64,000 bases of DNA from Camelus dromedarius (Eukaryota). Under the pieces are notes generated by a model. That model was not told where the DNA came from. It did not search any database and saw nothing but the letters and a program-made list of their open reading frames with translations. Shown one piece after another: positions 51,061-64,000 of the stretch (positions within the stretch are counted from its first letter, which is position 1; each line of letters starts with the position of its first letter). The stretch is from NCBI RefSeq assembly GCF_036321535.1, contig NC_087437.1:31808001-31872000 (forward strand). The letters run 5' to 3'. Made by a program: the position numbers and the translations under genes.

Positions 51061-51299
51061 GCTCCTTAGAGGGCATTTGTTTCATACCCCCATTTTACAG
51101 GTGAGAAAATTGACGTCCAAGGAGACGTTGGGAAATGCCTTTCTGGATTCTGCCAGCTGGGACCAGTTCCACCTCTTATTGGCATGGTTTAGGCACTCCT
51201 TCAGTGAGCATTTATCTGGTGCCTGGTTGTAACTATGTATTAAATGTATGTATGGTATGAAAAATAACTACGAATACATCAGTAGTCGCCCCACACTTG

Positions 51300-51535
51300 G
51301 GCATAGAATGACAGACCTGGGTTTGATTTGATGATTTGCAGGACTCCACTACTGGCTGGATGACCTTCTGAAGCAGTTAACCTCTCTAAGCCTTAGTTTC
51401 CTCGTCTACAAAGTGGAGATTAAATTATTTAAAAAAAAAAAAAAGAATCTACTTGCTAGGGTCACCGGGCTTAAATGAGATAAGGTGCACGTTGCTTAGC
51501 ACAATGCCTGCTCTTGGAAGTCACTCAGATATCCT
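51300..51535 (+). mobile_element. MIR SINE
   Basis: ttaacctctctaagccttagtttcctcgtctacaaagtggag...ttaaatgagataa...gcttagcacaatgcctg. Confidence 0.75.
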
Positions 51536-52134
51536 TGCAGTGTTTTAAGAAGTCGAAACTGCTAGACACACAGGCATTCATGAGACAATCACGGTACTCA
51601 TTTCCAGACAGAAGTCAGGCAGCACGAGAAGGAAGGTACTTTCCCATGCACAGCACTTGGGGAGACTCACGCAGGGTTCCGTGACCTGGCAAGACAGGGA
51701 AAGGAGGAAATGGCTTCTGTTTATCTTTCTTCCCACTGCCCCATCCTTCCCCCTCCCTTTTCCCTTCCTCCCCTCCCAACTCTCACTCTGACTCACAGTG
51801 GCTGCTGAGATACATCAGGACCTCTTATCAGGGTGAAATGTGTTCTGCAAGGTGGTGAAATTTATATTTGAAGTCCTACTTTATCACAGAGGCCTCTCTC
51901 CTCTTTTCCTAACCTGGGCAGACACAAGAAGGAGCAATGAGGGTAAATGGATAAGAAGATGGTTAAGTGCCTAGGGCATCAGATTGGAGTACAGGAATGA
52001 ACAGAGTTGAATACCATCTGGTACAATGATGATCCCTCCTGTTAACCAGGAAGCAGGGGAAAAACTGTGGAAGGTAAAATGGCATCAAGTTTTAGACTCA
52101 AGTTAGCACACTGGTTTTCTCTGTCCCCGTAGTT

Positions 52135-53040
52135 CATTCATCCATTCACACACACTGCTTTGGGAGATCCATTATATACTACCAGGTTCAACGGTCTGAT
52201 TCAATAAGCAGGGAAAGGGGAAAGGAAAATAGGAACCCAGGATTCCTGGTTCTTTGTGCAGCTTCATGGATGATGGTGCCATTTACTGCCATAGCGAGCA
52301 GAGGAGTAGAAACCAGTCTGAGAGGAAGACTGTTTTGAATGTATTTTTTAAGTGACTGTGGAACTTCCAGGGAAGACCTCCAGGAAGCAGTTAGGAACAT
52401 GGGTGCCAAGCATGGGAGAGAAGCCTGGAAATGTCCATTGGGGAAGGGTCAACATAGAGGTGGTCACTGGAACTGGGGCGGGGCTGAGATGACCCAGAGC
52501 AAGCAGACTGAGAAGATCATGGGGTGGATGAGAACTGAAACCTGACAGATACCAGCTTCATAGGATCAAATAGGGATCCTGAGGAGGGGGCAGAGAAGTG
52601 GGACGAAAACTAGAAAAAGAACAGTGGCATCCAACAGTCCAAATAAAGAGCCTGCCCAGGCTGAGGAAGTGGTTGGGAGTGGGAAATGCCACAGAGATGT
52701 CCAGGACGCTAGCACGGGAATGGGCCTGTTGATTTCAGCAATGAGGAAGTTATTAATGACTCGTGTGACCCCAGTTTCGGTGGGGATGTGAGAGCAGAAA
52801 CCAAGTCACAGTGGAGTAGAAGTAAATGGAGTCAGGGAGGAGGAGCAGCAGGCGTGCTGGGTATAGCCCACTGTTTCAGGGGAGTTGGTTGGGCAGGAAA
52901 GGGGAAGTTACAGCTGGGCATGAGGTTTTTTTATTGTCTTTTTACTCTGGGAAACTGAAACATGCTTAGAGGGTAAAGAGAAGCAGAAAGGGTTAACAGG
53001 GAGGGGTAGGATAGTCTCAGTAGAGCCTCCACAAGGGCAA
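52135..53040 (-). mobile_element. L2 LINE fragment(s)
   Basis: gttcattcatccattca terminus; tggatgatggtgccatttactg; gatttcagcaatgaggaagttattaatgac. Confidence 0.65.
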
Positions 53041-56000
53041 ATGCGAGGAGAGGGGAGTCCAACCCCAGATAACCCAAAGGAAGGATTCCTCCCACTTCAT
53101 TCTTTTCCTTCTACCATGTGAGAGGATGCAATGCATTTGGAAGGCTTAGGACTGAACTTGGGGAGCTCTTCAGAACAGGCTTTGTCCATGTCCGGCGGGA
53201 CTCAGCCACGGCAGCAGTCTGACCATCAAATGCATTTAACCAGCCCCATTGGCATGTGCAGCTGAGCCAAAGGCCACACAAATCATGTGAAAGAGATGCT
53301 GTTATTCCAGTGTCAGTCAGGACTCCAGGGAGTAAGTGACTGAAATGCAGCTCTAACCAGCTCAACCCAAAATGGAATCCACTGGTTTGCTAAACTGGGT
53401 ATACTGGCTTTAGGCACGGTTAGGTTTTGGTGCTTAAAAGATGTCAGCAGAGGTAACAAGGATTATGTTTTGAAGTTACCAATGTACTTTTCTTTTTTGC
53501 CTTTCAGAGCATATGAATTTAGGCATTTATCTGCTGGAGGGGGAAGGGATGAAAATTCTTTCCAGAAGATATACAAAGAGAAAGAAAAGGTAACACTTAG
53601 CTCCAGCATTCAAAAATAGAGTGTGTAACAGGACAATAGCCATGTAATTCAAGCTCTTACCTTGAGAAAATGACCTCTCATTCCATTACCTTCCTCTTTA
53701 GAAGATCAGGGACTGGGTTTGGTAGACTGAATCTTAGGTTCTATGTATGGGAGGTCTAGACAGGGAGAAAGGAGGATTGTGCGGTACAGAAGCAGCAGCA
53801 GAAGACCGGAGGCCTGGGAGGAGCCTTTGTGTTCGAAAAGTAGCGATTAGCCCCACAGACATGGGAGAACCTTACCCCTGCCACACTTCCTGAATATGAG
53901 ACAGAGAGCCTGGGTAGCCTAGTTTTGGTCAGATGGAGGGAGGCCCACAATGGACTTTTTTAAGCTATCCTAGGTCCCCATGTAGCTTAGACCCTATCCA
54001 GACGTAGCAGCAAGTCTGTGGCCAGCTTGCTGGAGGTGATCACTGTAGTGGGGTGATTCATTGGTACTGGCTGCAGGGTGGACCCTGGGATCAGGACTGA
54101 TAGGAAGTCATGGCCAGAAGTCAGAAACACCGGAAGGGCAGAGAAGAGGCCAAGTCAGGCAGGGAGCGAGCGCTGCCTCAGGTGATAGGATGGGCCACAA
54201 ACTCGCCATCCACAGACTTCACATCAGAGGCTGGTAGAACACCCAGTACAAGCAAGAGGTGGACATTGTCCTCACATGGGCAGACAACAGGCAGCTATGT
54301 CCAAGGATGGGTATAAGGCCAAGAGTTCCCTTTCTCTCAACACCATGAGGACACGGAAGCACAAACCCCTCTTCTACCTTCACCATATACACCCTACAGG
54401 GATGATGACCAAAACATTTAAAAATCTTACAGGCTCAGGCACTGACCAGTCTGAATGGAGTCCCCTACTGTATCCGTGATTAATGTTTTTGTTGATGGGT
54501 TGTGAGGAGCTCAGGGAAAAGTCCAGGGAGGTGGTTCTTAGGGAACTCAAGGCAGTGCCTATTTACCAACTGCTCCAGGCATGTTTCAGTATTTTATCAA
54601 CCAGGTCAGCCATGATGGAGGGAGCAGGTGAATATCAGCCAGGGACTATCATCTTTATTGGTGGAGCAGGAGATGAGGGAAGCCATCTGAGAAACTGAGC
54701 ATGTTCTCAAAGGGGATATAGAAATTATTGGGGTGGACCAAGATTTAAACTGGTTTCACCCCCTACTAACCAGTGAAGGGCCAGATTGATCACGGGTAAA
54801 CAAGAGAAATTATGTTTTATTGATACATCCAAGCTGCAGTGTGAGTTGAATTTATCATCTGTCTTATTCTTCTATGTTGGTTTCACTCTCAGGCAGCAGC
54901 TCCAAGCGTAATAAGCAGGCCCAAAAGACAAAGCACGTCTTTCTCAATGGTGTCAGCAGCAATCCCAAATCAGGTTCCCGTTGGCCCAGCTTTACTCATG
55001 TTTCCATCTCTGAGTCAATCCCTGATTGGCCAAGCGCAGATCACATGACTGTTTCTAACCTCAGGAACTGAGAGTGAGGAGAGGCGTGGCTCCCCACATC
55101 CCCCCTCCAAATCAGTCAGGATGCTGTTAGCAGAAAATGCTGTACTGCAGGCACAACAGAGGCACACCACGTTGCCTTTAGGGGTTTAACTTTGTAAAAC
55201 TCTCAGAACGAGTGGAGTATTCCCATAGCATGAAGTGGGTTGGCATCCGGGCACTTATCCAGCTTATCCATAGGTTGATCAGTGGAGACAACTAATGTTG
55301 AAAATCATAAATCAAAGCAGAAATTTTCTCTTCTTCAATTTTCTTACCACACTGACTAAACTAATTTCTGATCATTGAATTTGAGGACTATAATCAACTA
55401 AATACAATGTCCAGTCTGGTTGAAAGCTCAGTGCAGCCCATAAATAGTTCCATTTAGAAACTGTTCGGTCTCTCCTCTCTTGGATGTGACAATGACTGTC
55501 TTACTTTTCCTGTGTATTATTTCCTCTTTTTACAGTAAAACACCCTCTCCTAAATCTAAGAGAAACTGGATAATTGTTGCCTGTTTAAAAAAAAAGCTTT
55601 CTGTAGTAAATACAAAGTTTAATTATCCCAGGAGAGATTATAAAGGCAGCATCAGCTTTTCTTCACAGACTTTTACTTTCAATATCATAAAACACTACAC
55701 ATTATTTCAAAACAGAAAAATCAGCCCTAAGTAAAAGGAGATATGGAAGGTCCAGGGAGAGGAAACATAGTCATCAATTTTACTGTAAAATTTATGCTGT
55801 GTCTTTTTTGGAAGGAGCATTATTCCATAAGGGTTATCTTAAAGTTTACGATATATAAAACTTAAATCGCAGAACTGAAAAACTCTTTGGGAAAAAAAAT
55901 CATTAATCACCATAAGGAGAAATAAACTCATCATGCCCTGGCTTTTGAGTCACATAATTAATTCAGAAAGGGCTGACTTTCTCCTGTGGAACCCAGGAGT

Positions 56001-58509
56001 TCATTTATTCATCAAATATTCATCACACCCTTCGTAGCTTCTCCGCATTGTGCTGGGCACTGGGGATATGAGGATGAGTAAGACTGCTCGTGTCTGAGGA
56101 GGAAGGAGCCAGCGGGGCGTGGAGGCGGGGGGACAGCATATAATTCAGAGTTCCACTGAGATGTGCAGGCATGCTGAGGGCTTGCAGGAGACAGTCCATT
56201 TTCCAGCAGGGTGGGTGGCTCAGAGGCTAGCCAGGATAATAAGCTGCCCGAAGGCTTTATATTTCCCACAGTGCCCACCGTGGTGCTGGGAAGCACTTGT
56301 GGACATTTTATTGCCCTGGCTAAGATGGAGGAGGTGTGGAAATCCTTTTTGGCAGCCTCAGGCAGCTGGGCTCTGTGACATCTGAGGAACGAGAACTCCT
56401 GTTCTTCCCAGCATCCTGGTATGTGCTCTCGGTGCTGCCTGCCAAGGCCGTGGGCATCCGAGTCATCCATTCCGCAGACAGCGGTTGAGCAGCCACCGTG
56501 GGCCAGGTGCTCAAGCAAAGCAGACTCAGATCTCAAGAGGGGAGGGGGACACCTAGTATATCACAATGGTGACAAGTGGTCTGGAGAAAAAGAAAGAATG
56601 GGAGGGCACGAAGTGTGAGGTTGGGGGATTGTGTTATAAAATAGGGTCTTTAAGAAATCAAGGTAAAGATTCAGTTCCCCCAGTTGCCTGGGCACCCAAG
56701 AACCATGGCTGCTAGTACCTTAGGAGCCCACTGAAGAAAGTGACAGGTTGCCTGACCCCAGGAAGTGGCCAGCTCAGGGTGCAGCCCGGTGTGCACCATC
56801 CCCCTCCCCGAAGAGTTGTCTTGTGTGACAAGTGGAGCTGGTACAGCCCGAGTCTAGAGCAAGTCGAGCACTCGTGCTTGGGGAGGAAATGCGGTCATCT
56901 TTTCTGGGGGTCAGGAGAAGGGTTTAGATGTAGGCAGGTCCCCTGGCAGCATCAAAGGGAGAAGAAAAGCTCCCCAAGAAAAGCTCCAGCAAGGCCGAGA
57001 CAGAAAGTCAAGATCCTGGACCCAGAGGGCTGAGGCCAGGACTAGGGGCGGGCCCCTGCTGGAAACTGGAGTGTCAGGCAGGAAGAGCAGCAGAGGCAGG
57101 TCATTGGGATGGCCCGGGAGGGACAGCTGTGTTGGGGTGAGTACGCAGGGGCACAGGCCCACCCCTCTGGGCACTAAGCTACCGCTGGGGGCAGAATGAG
57201 AAGTCACGGTCAGGACCATTCGGCTGGAGCAGAGGGGTGGCCAAGTTGTAGAGTCTTTGGGAACGAGCTGAAGGGTTTGTGTTTCTCTCAGATCTACTAA
57301 CCCTGGCTAAGGTGTCTCTTTGCTGTAGCCAAGACCTGCTTGTTCTCTCATCTGCATAAGCTCCATGGTGCTTTTAACCATGAGCCAAATCACAGGGAAA
57401 TAAATTTTTTTAAGTCAAAGGGGGAGGGAACTCAGGATGGGAAGAAAGGTGAAATGGCAAGGAATCCCCAGTTTTTTATGTTGAAAGCATAAATCCCAAT
57501 AGAAACCAAGCAGAAAGAGACGGAAGCCTCCAGGGAGGAGAAAAGTATGTACAGTAAACAGTGACCCAGCACAGCGTGCCCTGCTGTAGGAACGCCGGGG
57601 TCAGAACAACGTGTCACGTTGCCACTTTGATCATGGGATTTGGATCAGAGAGAACATGGGATTTGGACTTTGCTCTGGGTTTGGCTCTCATCTGCGCTGC
57701 CTGTGGGCTGCGTGACCTTGGATACGTTCCTTCCCGCTCTGAGCCTGCCTGTCTTCATGGTGTAGTGGGAGCGCCCGTTGGAGCTGCGCTGGGCTGGGCG
57801 TGTCATGTCTGCTGAGCTAAGGGGAAACCCCAGGGGTCAGGGGAGCCACCAGGAACCTAGCACTGTGAGCTCGTCAGGGGACAAAGCATCCAGGTCCAAG
57901 AAGGGCATTGTTCTGAGTACACTGTGTTAATACGGCTGATGCATCCTGGGCCCTACCAGGTGTTGGATTCATGTCTGATTCCTGGGCAAAGCTGCCTCTA
58001 AACGCTAACAGATTGTTTACTGAGGTACAAGCTCACCTTTTTGGGAACCCCAGAAACAGTCATAACAGGGAGGAAGGCACTCTCCGTGGCACAGGCTTGC
58101 TAAAAAGCAGAGCAGGGAAAGGGGCGGGGCCTGGAGCTCCGCCCTGTTGATTTGATGGTGGGACCGCTGAGCCGCCCCCCAGGGACTCCCTGAAAGTACA
58201 GGAGGGAAGGCGCTTTGCTGGGATTAAGTTCTACATGAGAGATGGTGGTAACAAACTGACATTTGGGTTATTAATCCTGGTATGGCTTCATTTGCCCCAC
58301 ATGTGGTGAGGGAATCTTGGTTAACACCTAGACCTTGAGGATCCCATGAGCTGTCCCCAGGCCTGAGCCTGGACATGACCAGTGCACAGCAAATGTCAGA
58401 TCCCACCCCCTAGAAATCACCTCGGAACCCATGGACCCCCTTGGAGGACTTGATGTGTCTGGGAATTGTACAGTATTCCCATGGCAAAGATTTTTAATCA
58501 AAAATTAAC

Positions 58510-58755
58510 CTAACGTAAATCTTGGAGCACCTACTATGTGCCGGTAAGGTATACACACTGAGGATTTGAATTCCCTTTTTTTTTTTTCTCAGCACTTCAC
58601 AAAATATTTTGATGTGCATTTTATTCACGTGAGTCTTCACAACAGCCTAACGATGTAGGATCCCCATTTATAGATGGGATGACTGAGTTTCAAAGAGACT
58701 AAGTAATTTATCCATAATAACCCAACTAAAAAGGGGTACAGCTAGGCTTGAGCCT
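58510..58755 (-). mobile_element. MIR SINE
   Basis: gagcacctactatgtgcc...ccccatttatagatgggatgactgag...aagtaatttatcc. Confidence 0.65.
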
Positions 58756-59319
58756 GTTTTTCTCCCTGGTGGGAAGCTGAGACCAAAGAAATGAAAGAAT
58801 GAGGGGAAGCCCCAGCAAATACTGAAACCTGAGGTTCTGACTGGAAGAGCTGGGGAAGTCAGTGCAGACTGGAGCTGGACCTAACCAGGGGTGGCAGGTC
58901 AGGGGCAGGGTATAGGCCAGGAGGCAGTGTGTGGGAAAGGCTGGGCTCCCAGGGGCCTTGCCTGTGCCCCTGGAGCTGCCCCTAGCTGGTCACGTTTCAC
59001 AGAGAATTTTTATGGGCCTTTCAAGGAGAAACTGCAGCTCCCTCCTGCCAAGTCTCTGAAAGTGACCAGGGGGCCTTTGCTCTTCTTTTTCTGTCTGGGC
59101 ACCCAAATCACCTCTCCTGACTTCAGCGACTGCTGGTCTCAGGCTCTGTATCCTGAGCATTTCTAATTTTTCTTGGAGGATTATTTGTGACATTGTAAAA
59201 GTATGCAAAGCCACATACTGAAGTGTGCCAATATTAGAACATTAGTGAGCCGGAAATGATGCTCATTTCAAATTGCAGGAAAAGAAATGTGCATCCGGGG
59301 ATCACACTCTGTGCTGGCA

Positions 59320-59485
59320 GCTTTCACATTCGTGATCTCTTTTAATATTCACTGCCATGTAATCTATCAATTCCACTTTGGCAGTTGGGAAAACTGTCAT
59401 TCAGAGAAGTAAAGTAACTTGGCCAAAGTCACACAGATAATTAGTGGCAAACCTAGGCTTTGAAATCAGGACTGGCTCCAGAGTA
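59320..59485 (-). mobile_element. MIR SINE
   Basis: cagagaagtaaagtaacttggccaaagtcacacagataattagtggca. Confidence 0.7.
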
Positions 59486-61183
59486 TTTTCCAATAAACCA
59501 CAATTTATAGCCTGTGGAATTCAGGTGGAAGTAAGAGAGGACCAATAAACACACTTTAATGGACAGTAAAATTGTTGACCTTACTTTTTATTAATTCAAG
59601 TTTACAAACCATACAGTTTCAAAATTACCAGCTTTGAGGGAGTTCTTAAGTCAATGAAGTGCTCAGGATTCATGGAATCCCAACATTTAGATTTAACACT
59701 GTCTGAGATGCCACCAGAGGACTGGACACGGAGCTGAGTGTTTCTGCTCAGGAACTTCCATTTTTGACAGTGTTCTAACAAAAAGGGGGCCTGTTGTGCA
59801 CTAGGTAGACCACGTGGTAGAGATTCTCAGATGAACCTACCTGATTAAACTCTGTTTAATACGAATGCCAAAGTTTGACACATCATAACTACTTTCTTTG
59901 GCAACTCCAGCCTTGATGAGAGAGTAGGAAATGTCTCTGTATTTGACAGGAACAGTGTGTGACATGAAAGACTTCAGACGCTATGCCAATTTTTGACAGT
60001 TCTTCAGAAGACAGCACCCTCTGCCTATTCTGTTCAGTCCTAGTTCAGGTGAGTCACTGCGTTTTCCGCCAGGCAAGTATTTTAAGACATGAGAAATCTA
60101 AACCAATACCAGCAAAGAAAGGAGAGGGATGGATTATCGCCATTTGCTTTGATGGTTGTCATGGTGCTGGGGAAACTGTTCCCAGTTAGATTCCCACTCA
60201 CTGCTGTTTTGCTGGTGGCCAGCCCGACACCGGCATGAGACATGGGTGTGTGCACAAATGTACACCCGCCATTGACACCCACTTGGGTCATGGTTACAAG
60301 GCTGTGCTCACGTGGATGGCAAACCTACTCCCCAACATCAGCTTGCAAGGAGCCAGCAGGACCCCACCAGTTGCCCAGCTCCAGGGAGAGATCACTGGAA
60401 GTTTTGGAGCAGAGTCAGTGACTGCAGGAACCACCTCCCCCTCTGCTCCCTGCTTCAGCTTGTGGCTCTGGAAAATGCCCCATCTCCGGTCTCTTAAATC
60501 TCTTAAGGCTCGGGTCATCTGCCATTCTGAGGGGCAGGGGAGGGCTTTGCGGTCTGTGGGAGCTGGGACGAGGGGTGGGCATGCTGCCCACCAGCAATGC
60601 CTGGAGCCCATGGTCAGGCTGCAAGCCACACCCTGGCACTGCCTGGGAGGATGGCCTCCTGTGCCCGAGTCTACACCTCGAAGCTCTGCCTGTCTGCACT
60701 GAAGGGGCCTCGGGGGCTCTGAGCAGGAAAGGAGGCCCTGTGGTCACCCTGTAGGGTGACCCACCCTGTAGGAGCCTCAGGAGGAATTGTGCTCCACCCT
60801 CCGACTTCCCTCAGGGCTGCCCCCCACCTCCGGCTCCTCTTTGGCCTGCGCTAAACGGGGGATGGAGGTTGCGGGGGTGGACTGCAGTGGGAGCGAGGGG
60901 TGGGGGGCTACCTTGCTACCTGGATTTTCCTAAATTTCTTTAATTAAACTAAGCCTTTATATAAATGTAAAAACCAAGCAAACTCCATACCTGAGCCCTG
61001 CAATCCCCTCCCCCAGATTCTAACTCAGAGACTGGGAAACAGGCTTATTTTTATTAAGGGCCCAAGTGATTGGACTTCAGGTCCAATTAGATGCTGGACC
61101 ACAATTTGAAAAACACTGGAGCAGAAGTGAGCCAGCAAGTGTATGGGATGCATCTAGTATGAGAGGAATTTGTCTAGTTTCTT

Positions 61184-61276
61184 TTTTTTTTTTTTAATAG
61201 AGGTACTAGGGATTGAACCCAGGACCTCATGCGTGTGCTGTAAGCATGCACTCTACCACTGACCTATACCCTCCCC
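61184..61276 (-). mobile_element. Full-length tRNA-derived camelid-type SINE with target-site duplication
   Basis: Minus strand GGGGAGGGTATAGGTCAGTGGTAGAGTGCATGCTT...GAGGTCCTGGGTTCAATCCCTAGTACCTC plus poly(A), with A and B boxes. TSD tctagtttctt at 61173-61183 and 61283-61293. Confidence 0.9.
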
Positions 61277-61299
61277 TACCCATCTAGTTTCTTAAAATA

Positions 61300-61688
61300 G
61301 TGGCAGGGGCTGAATTGTGACACACACAACTCCATTCTTATGTTGAAGCTTTAACCCCCCCCCCAGTACCTCAGAATGTGCCTATTTGGAAACAGAAACT
61401 TTAAAGAGGTAATTAAGTAAAAATAAGGTCTTTAAATGAGCCCTAGTCCCGTATGACTGGGGTCCTTGTAAGAAAAGGAGATTAGGACACAGGTGTGCTC
61501 AGAAGAAGGACCATGTGAAGACACAGGGAGAAGGCAGCCACCTACAAGCCAGGGAGCGGGGCCTCAGAAACACCCGACAGTCACCTTGGTCTCAGACTCC
61601 CAGCCTCCGGGGCTGTGGGAAGCACGTCTCTGTTGTCTAAGCCCCCAGTCTGTGGCACTTTATCATGGAAGCCCCACCAACTAATTCA
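61300..61688 (+). mobile_element. MLT1B/C-like solo LTR
   Basis: gctgaattgtg...tatgttgaagct...cagtacctcagaatgtg...ccatgtgaagacacagggagaag...actaattca. Confidence 0.85.
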
Positions 61689-61919
61689 AAAAGGGACCTG
61701 GTTTCACTTAATAATCGTCCCAGAAGGTAGAGAGTACTTCAGTATACTGAATAAACAAGGCTGGTTTAAGGACCACAGGACATGAGTCCCAGCCCGGGTG
61801 TCTCAGAGGTGGCTCAGCCAGCATGGAAAGCACAGCTTATGGTGTCAGACACTCCTGCTCTCAAGGACTAGAACCTTCTTTTCCTGGCTTACCATCTGAG
61901 TGACTTTAAACAAGACAGT

Positions 61920-61963
61920 TTATTATTGTTATTGTTGTTGTTATTGTTATTATTATTATTATT
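61920..61963. repeat. (TTA/TTG)n trinucleotide repeat
   Basis: Direct reading. Confidence 0.85.
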
Positions 61964-62491
61964 ACATTTAATATATTTGGGGACGTGAGAAGGACAACAC
62001 AGTGCATGTCCTGCAGGCTACACAACACCTTGCAGCATCTGACAGCATCCTGTAATCAGACGTCCTAATGTTTCTGTAGCCAGATGTACATGTTGCATAA
62101 ATCAAGGAGCCTCATGCCAATTCAAGACATTTTTCTTTATCAAATGAATTTATTTCAGGTCAGGTTTTATTGCCAGACATGTTACAAATATAATTTTTGG
62201 CCTTTGGAGCTTTTAAGGTTTTGAAATGGTGGACCTGTATTATCCCTGTTTCTTCAGGTGAAGAAACTGAGGCACAGGTTGGTGAAACAACGTACCCACA
62301 GTCATTCACTCCCGAGAGGAGGGGCGGGGCTCCCACCCCAGGCAGCCTGGCTCCAGAGTCCACACTCTCCACACTCACCTGCCTGTGCCCCTGGGCACCA
62401 CCCACCTCCGGGGCCTGACCCATCTGTAGAAGATGGATCGTGCCAAGCTTGCAGCCTTGTTGTGAGGACCAGATACAGTGTAGGTTAAGTT

Positions 62492-62921
62492 CTGTTACGG
62501 GTTGAATTGTGTCCCCCTAAAATTCGTATGTTGAGATAACTCCACTGCTTCAGAATATGACCTATTAGGGTCTTTGCAGATACAGTTAGTTAATTGAAGA
62601 TGAGGTCATTAGGGTGGACCCTAATGCAGTCTGACTGGGGTCCTTATTTAAAAAAAGAGGACACAGACAGACATGTACTCAGGGAGAATGCCATGCGAAC
62701 GTGAAGGCGGAGGGCAGGGCGATGCTTCCACAAGCTAGGGAGGCCCGGGATGTCAGCAGGGCACCGGAAGCTGGAAGCGCACAGCGTGGAGCTGCTTCTC
62801 TTGCTCAGCCCTCAGCAGGAACCAGCTCTGCCGGCACCTTGGTCTCAAACTTCCAGCCCCCAGACCCCCCCCCCCCGGTCATTTGTGCTGCCTTGTTTCA
62901 GCCGCCCCAGGGAACTGGTAT
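62492..62921 (+). mobile_element. MLT1C-like solo LTR
   Basis: tgttacgggttgaattgtgtcccc...aagatgaggtcattagggtggaccctaat...gatgcttccacaagc...ggaactggtata. Confidence 0.85.
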
Positions 62922-64000
62922 ATGTTCTTTACACAGGCACTGGGTCCTGAGTAGGGGACCAACAAGTGGTAGGTAACCAGGCTTATTATCTTTATGACGG
63001 AGTCTTCAGATTCTTCATAGAGAAATAAAATCGGTGAATTAGATGATCTCTAAGGCCTCTTCCACTTCCCAGGTCTAATTTTCCATGATTATAACATGAG
63101 GATAATTCAACCCCATTTGTCACTTGCATCAGTGGTCGGGCTCTTGGAGCATTTCTCTGATGTTTTAAAGATGGGCTAATGTAGAAGTGGTCTTAATAAG
63201 CAAAACAACAAAGCAAGAACTTCTTTTCCTGTGTTACGGGTTATGTCCCTGTACACTAAAACCGAAACCATGTGGGCCCTAATTTGCCTTCTGATGTTCC
63301 TGCTTGTACCGTGAACTCGCTCAGTCGTGGGTTTTTCTGAATCCCTTTCACTGTGTCTTCAGGTCTACCCAGTGTAACCCACAGTAAGTGCTGGGCTACA
63401 GATTATGCAGAGGTTAAACACTGAACACTTTTCCTCAGGCTTCAGTGACAAACCCCACATTGTCAAGCCACATTGGATCTTTAAGCCTTTGCCTCTAAGA
63501 TTCTACACATCAGGTCAGAAAATGGTTTGCTGCAGGTGGAGTGTGGCCCCCAAATCCCCATCTGTGGAAACAGGACTTTAATGGCTGTGCATGTTCAAAG
63601 GAAGGACTTCAGGTTTCCTTCCAACTTCCCTTTGCATCTCTTCTCAAGGCTGCCTCTCCGGGTCCCTGTCAGCCCCTCAGCCTGGGTCTGACCGGCTACT
63701 CCCCACTGGTTTCCAGGAAGCACTTCCTCACCAAGCCAGGGGCCTCTCTCATCCCAGAGCCACAGGTGGCTTTAACATCTGCTTAAGGCTGTTCATCTTT
63801 GCTCCCTGTTCCTGGTTTTCCTCCCAGGAATCTGAGGAGAAGTGTGCCTTTTCCGAGCACAGGTGCAGCCTGGTGGAATTCTGTTGGGTTACAAAAATGG
63901 TTGCAGGGTGGGAGGTTTTACTTGGGAGGATCTCATGGTTGGTGATTCCATCCAATACCAACATGGGAGATTTAATTAAGCAAGCGCAAGTGCCTAATAG

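Noticed and set aside
61197..61276. tRNA gene
   Set aside because: Has a poly(A) tail, a TSD and a disrupted anticodon region; it is a SINE.
1..64000. CRISPR array, operon or other novel multi-gene system
   Set aside because: No regularly spaced repeats or gene clusters; the window is mammalian intronic and intergenic DNA with one coding exon.

Overview
This is mammalian genomic DNA, not microbial. It is most likely camelid, judged from the tRNA-derived SINEs (head GGGGAGGGTATAG..., B-box GGTTCAATCCC) and the L1 3' ends. The only protein-coding feature I can support is the terminal coding exon of LEKR1 (+, 7856-8269). The other ~56 kb is downstream non-coding sequence; from memory, the orthologous human interval runs towards CCNL1 and carries lncRNAs (LINC00880/LINC00881/LINC02029) and a birth-weight GWAS signal. 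The window holds a degraded RPL35 processed pseudogene, a probable 3'UTR-only retrocopy of an unidentified gene, several L1 copies with readable target-site duplications, many MIR/L2/MLT1/MER relics, three CpG-rich promoter-like patches and a strong CTCF motif. Nearly all tracked ORFs are spurious or repeat-derived. I found no evidence of a new multi-gene system. The most unusual items are small: an exact 47-bp dispersed direct repeat, a 59-bp inverted repeat pair about 2 kb apart, the orphan retrocopy, and non-B-DNA clusters at the orphan CpG island. Repeat subfamily names and boundaries are by eye and approximate.
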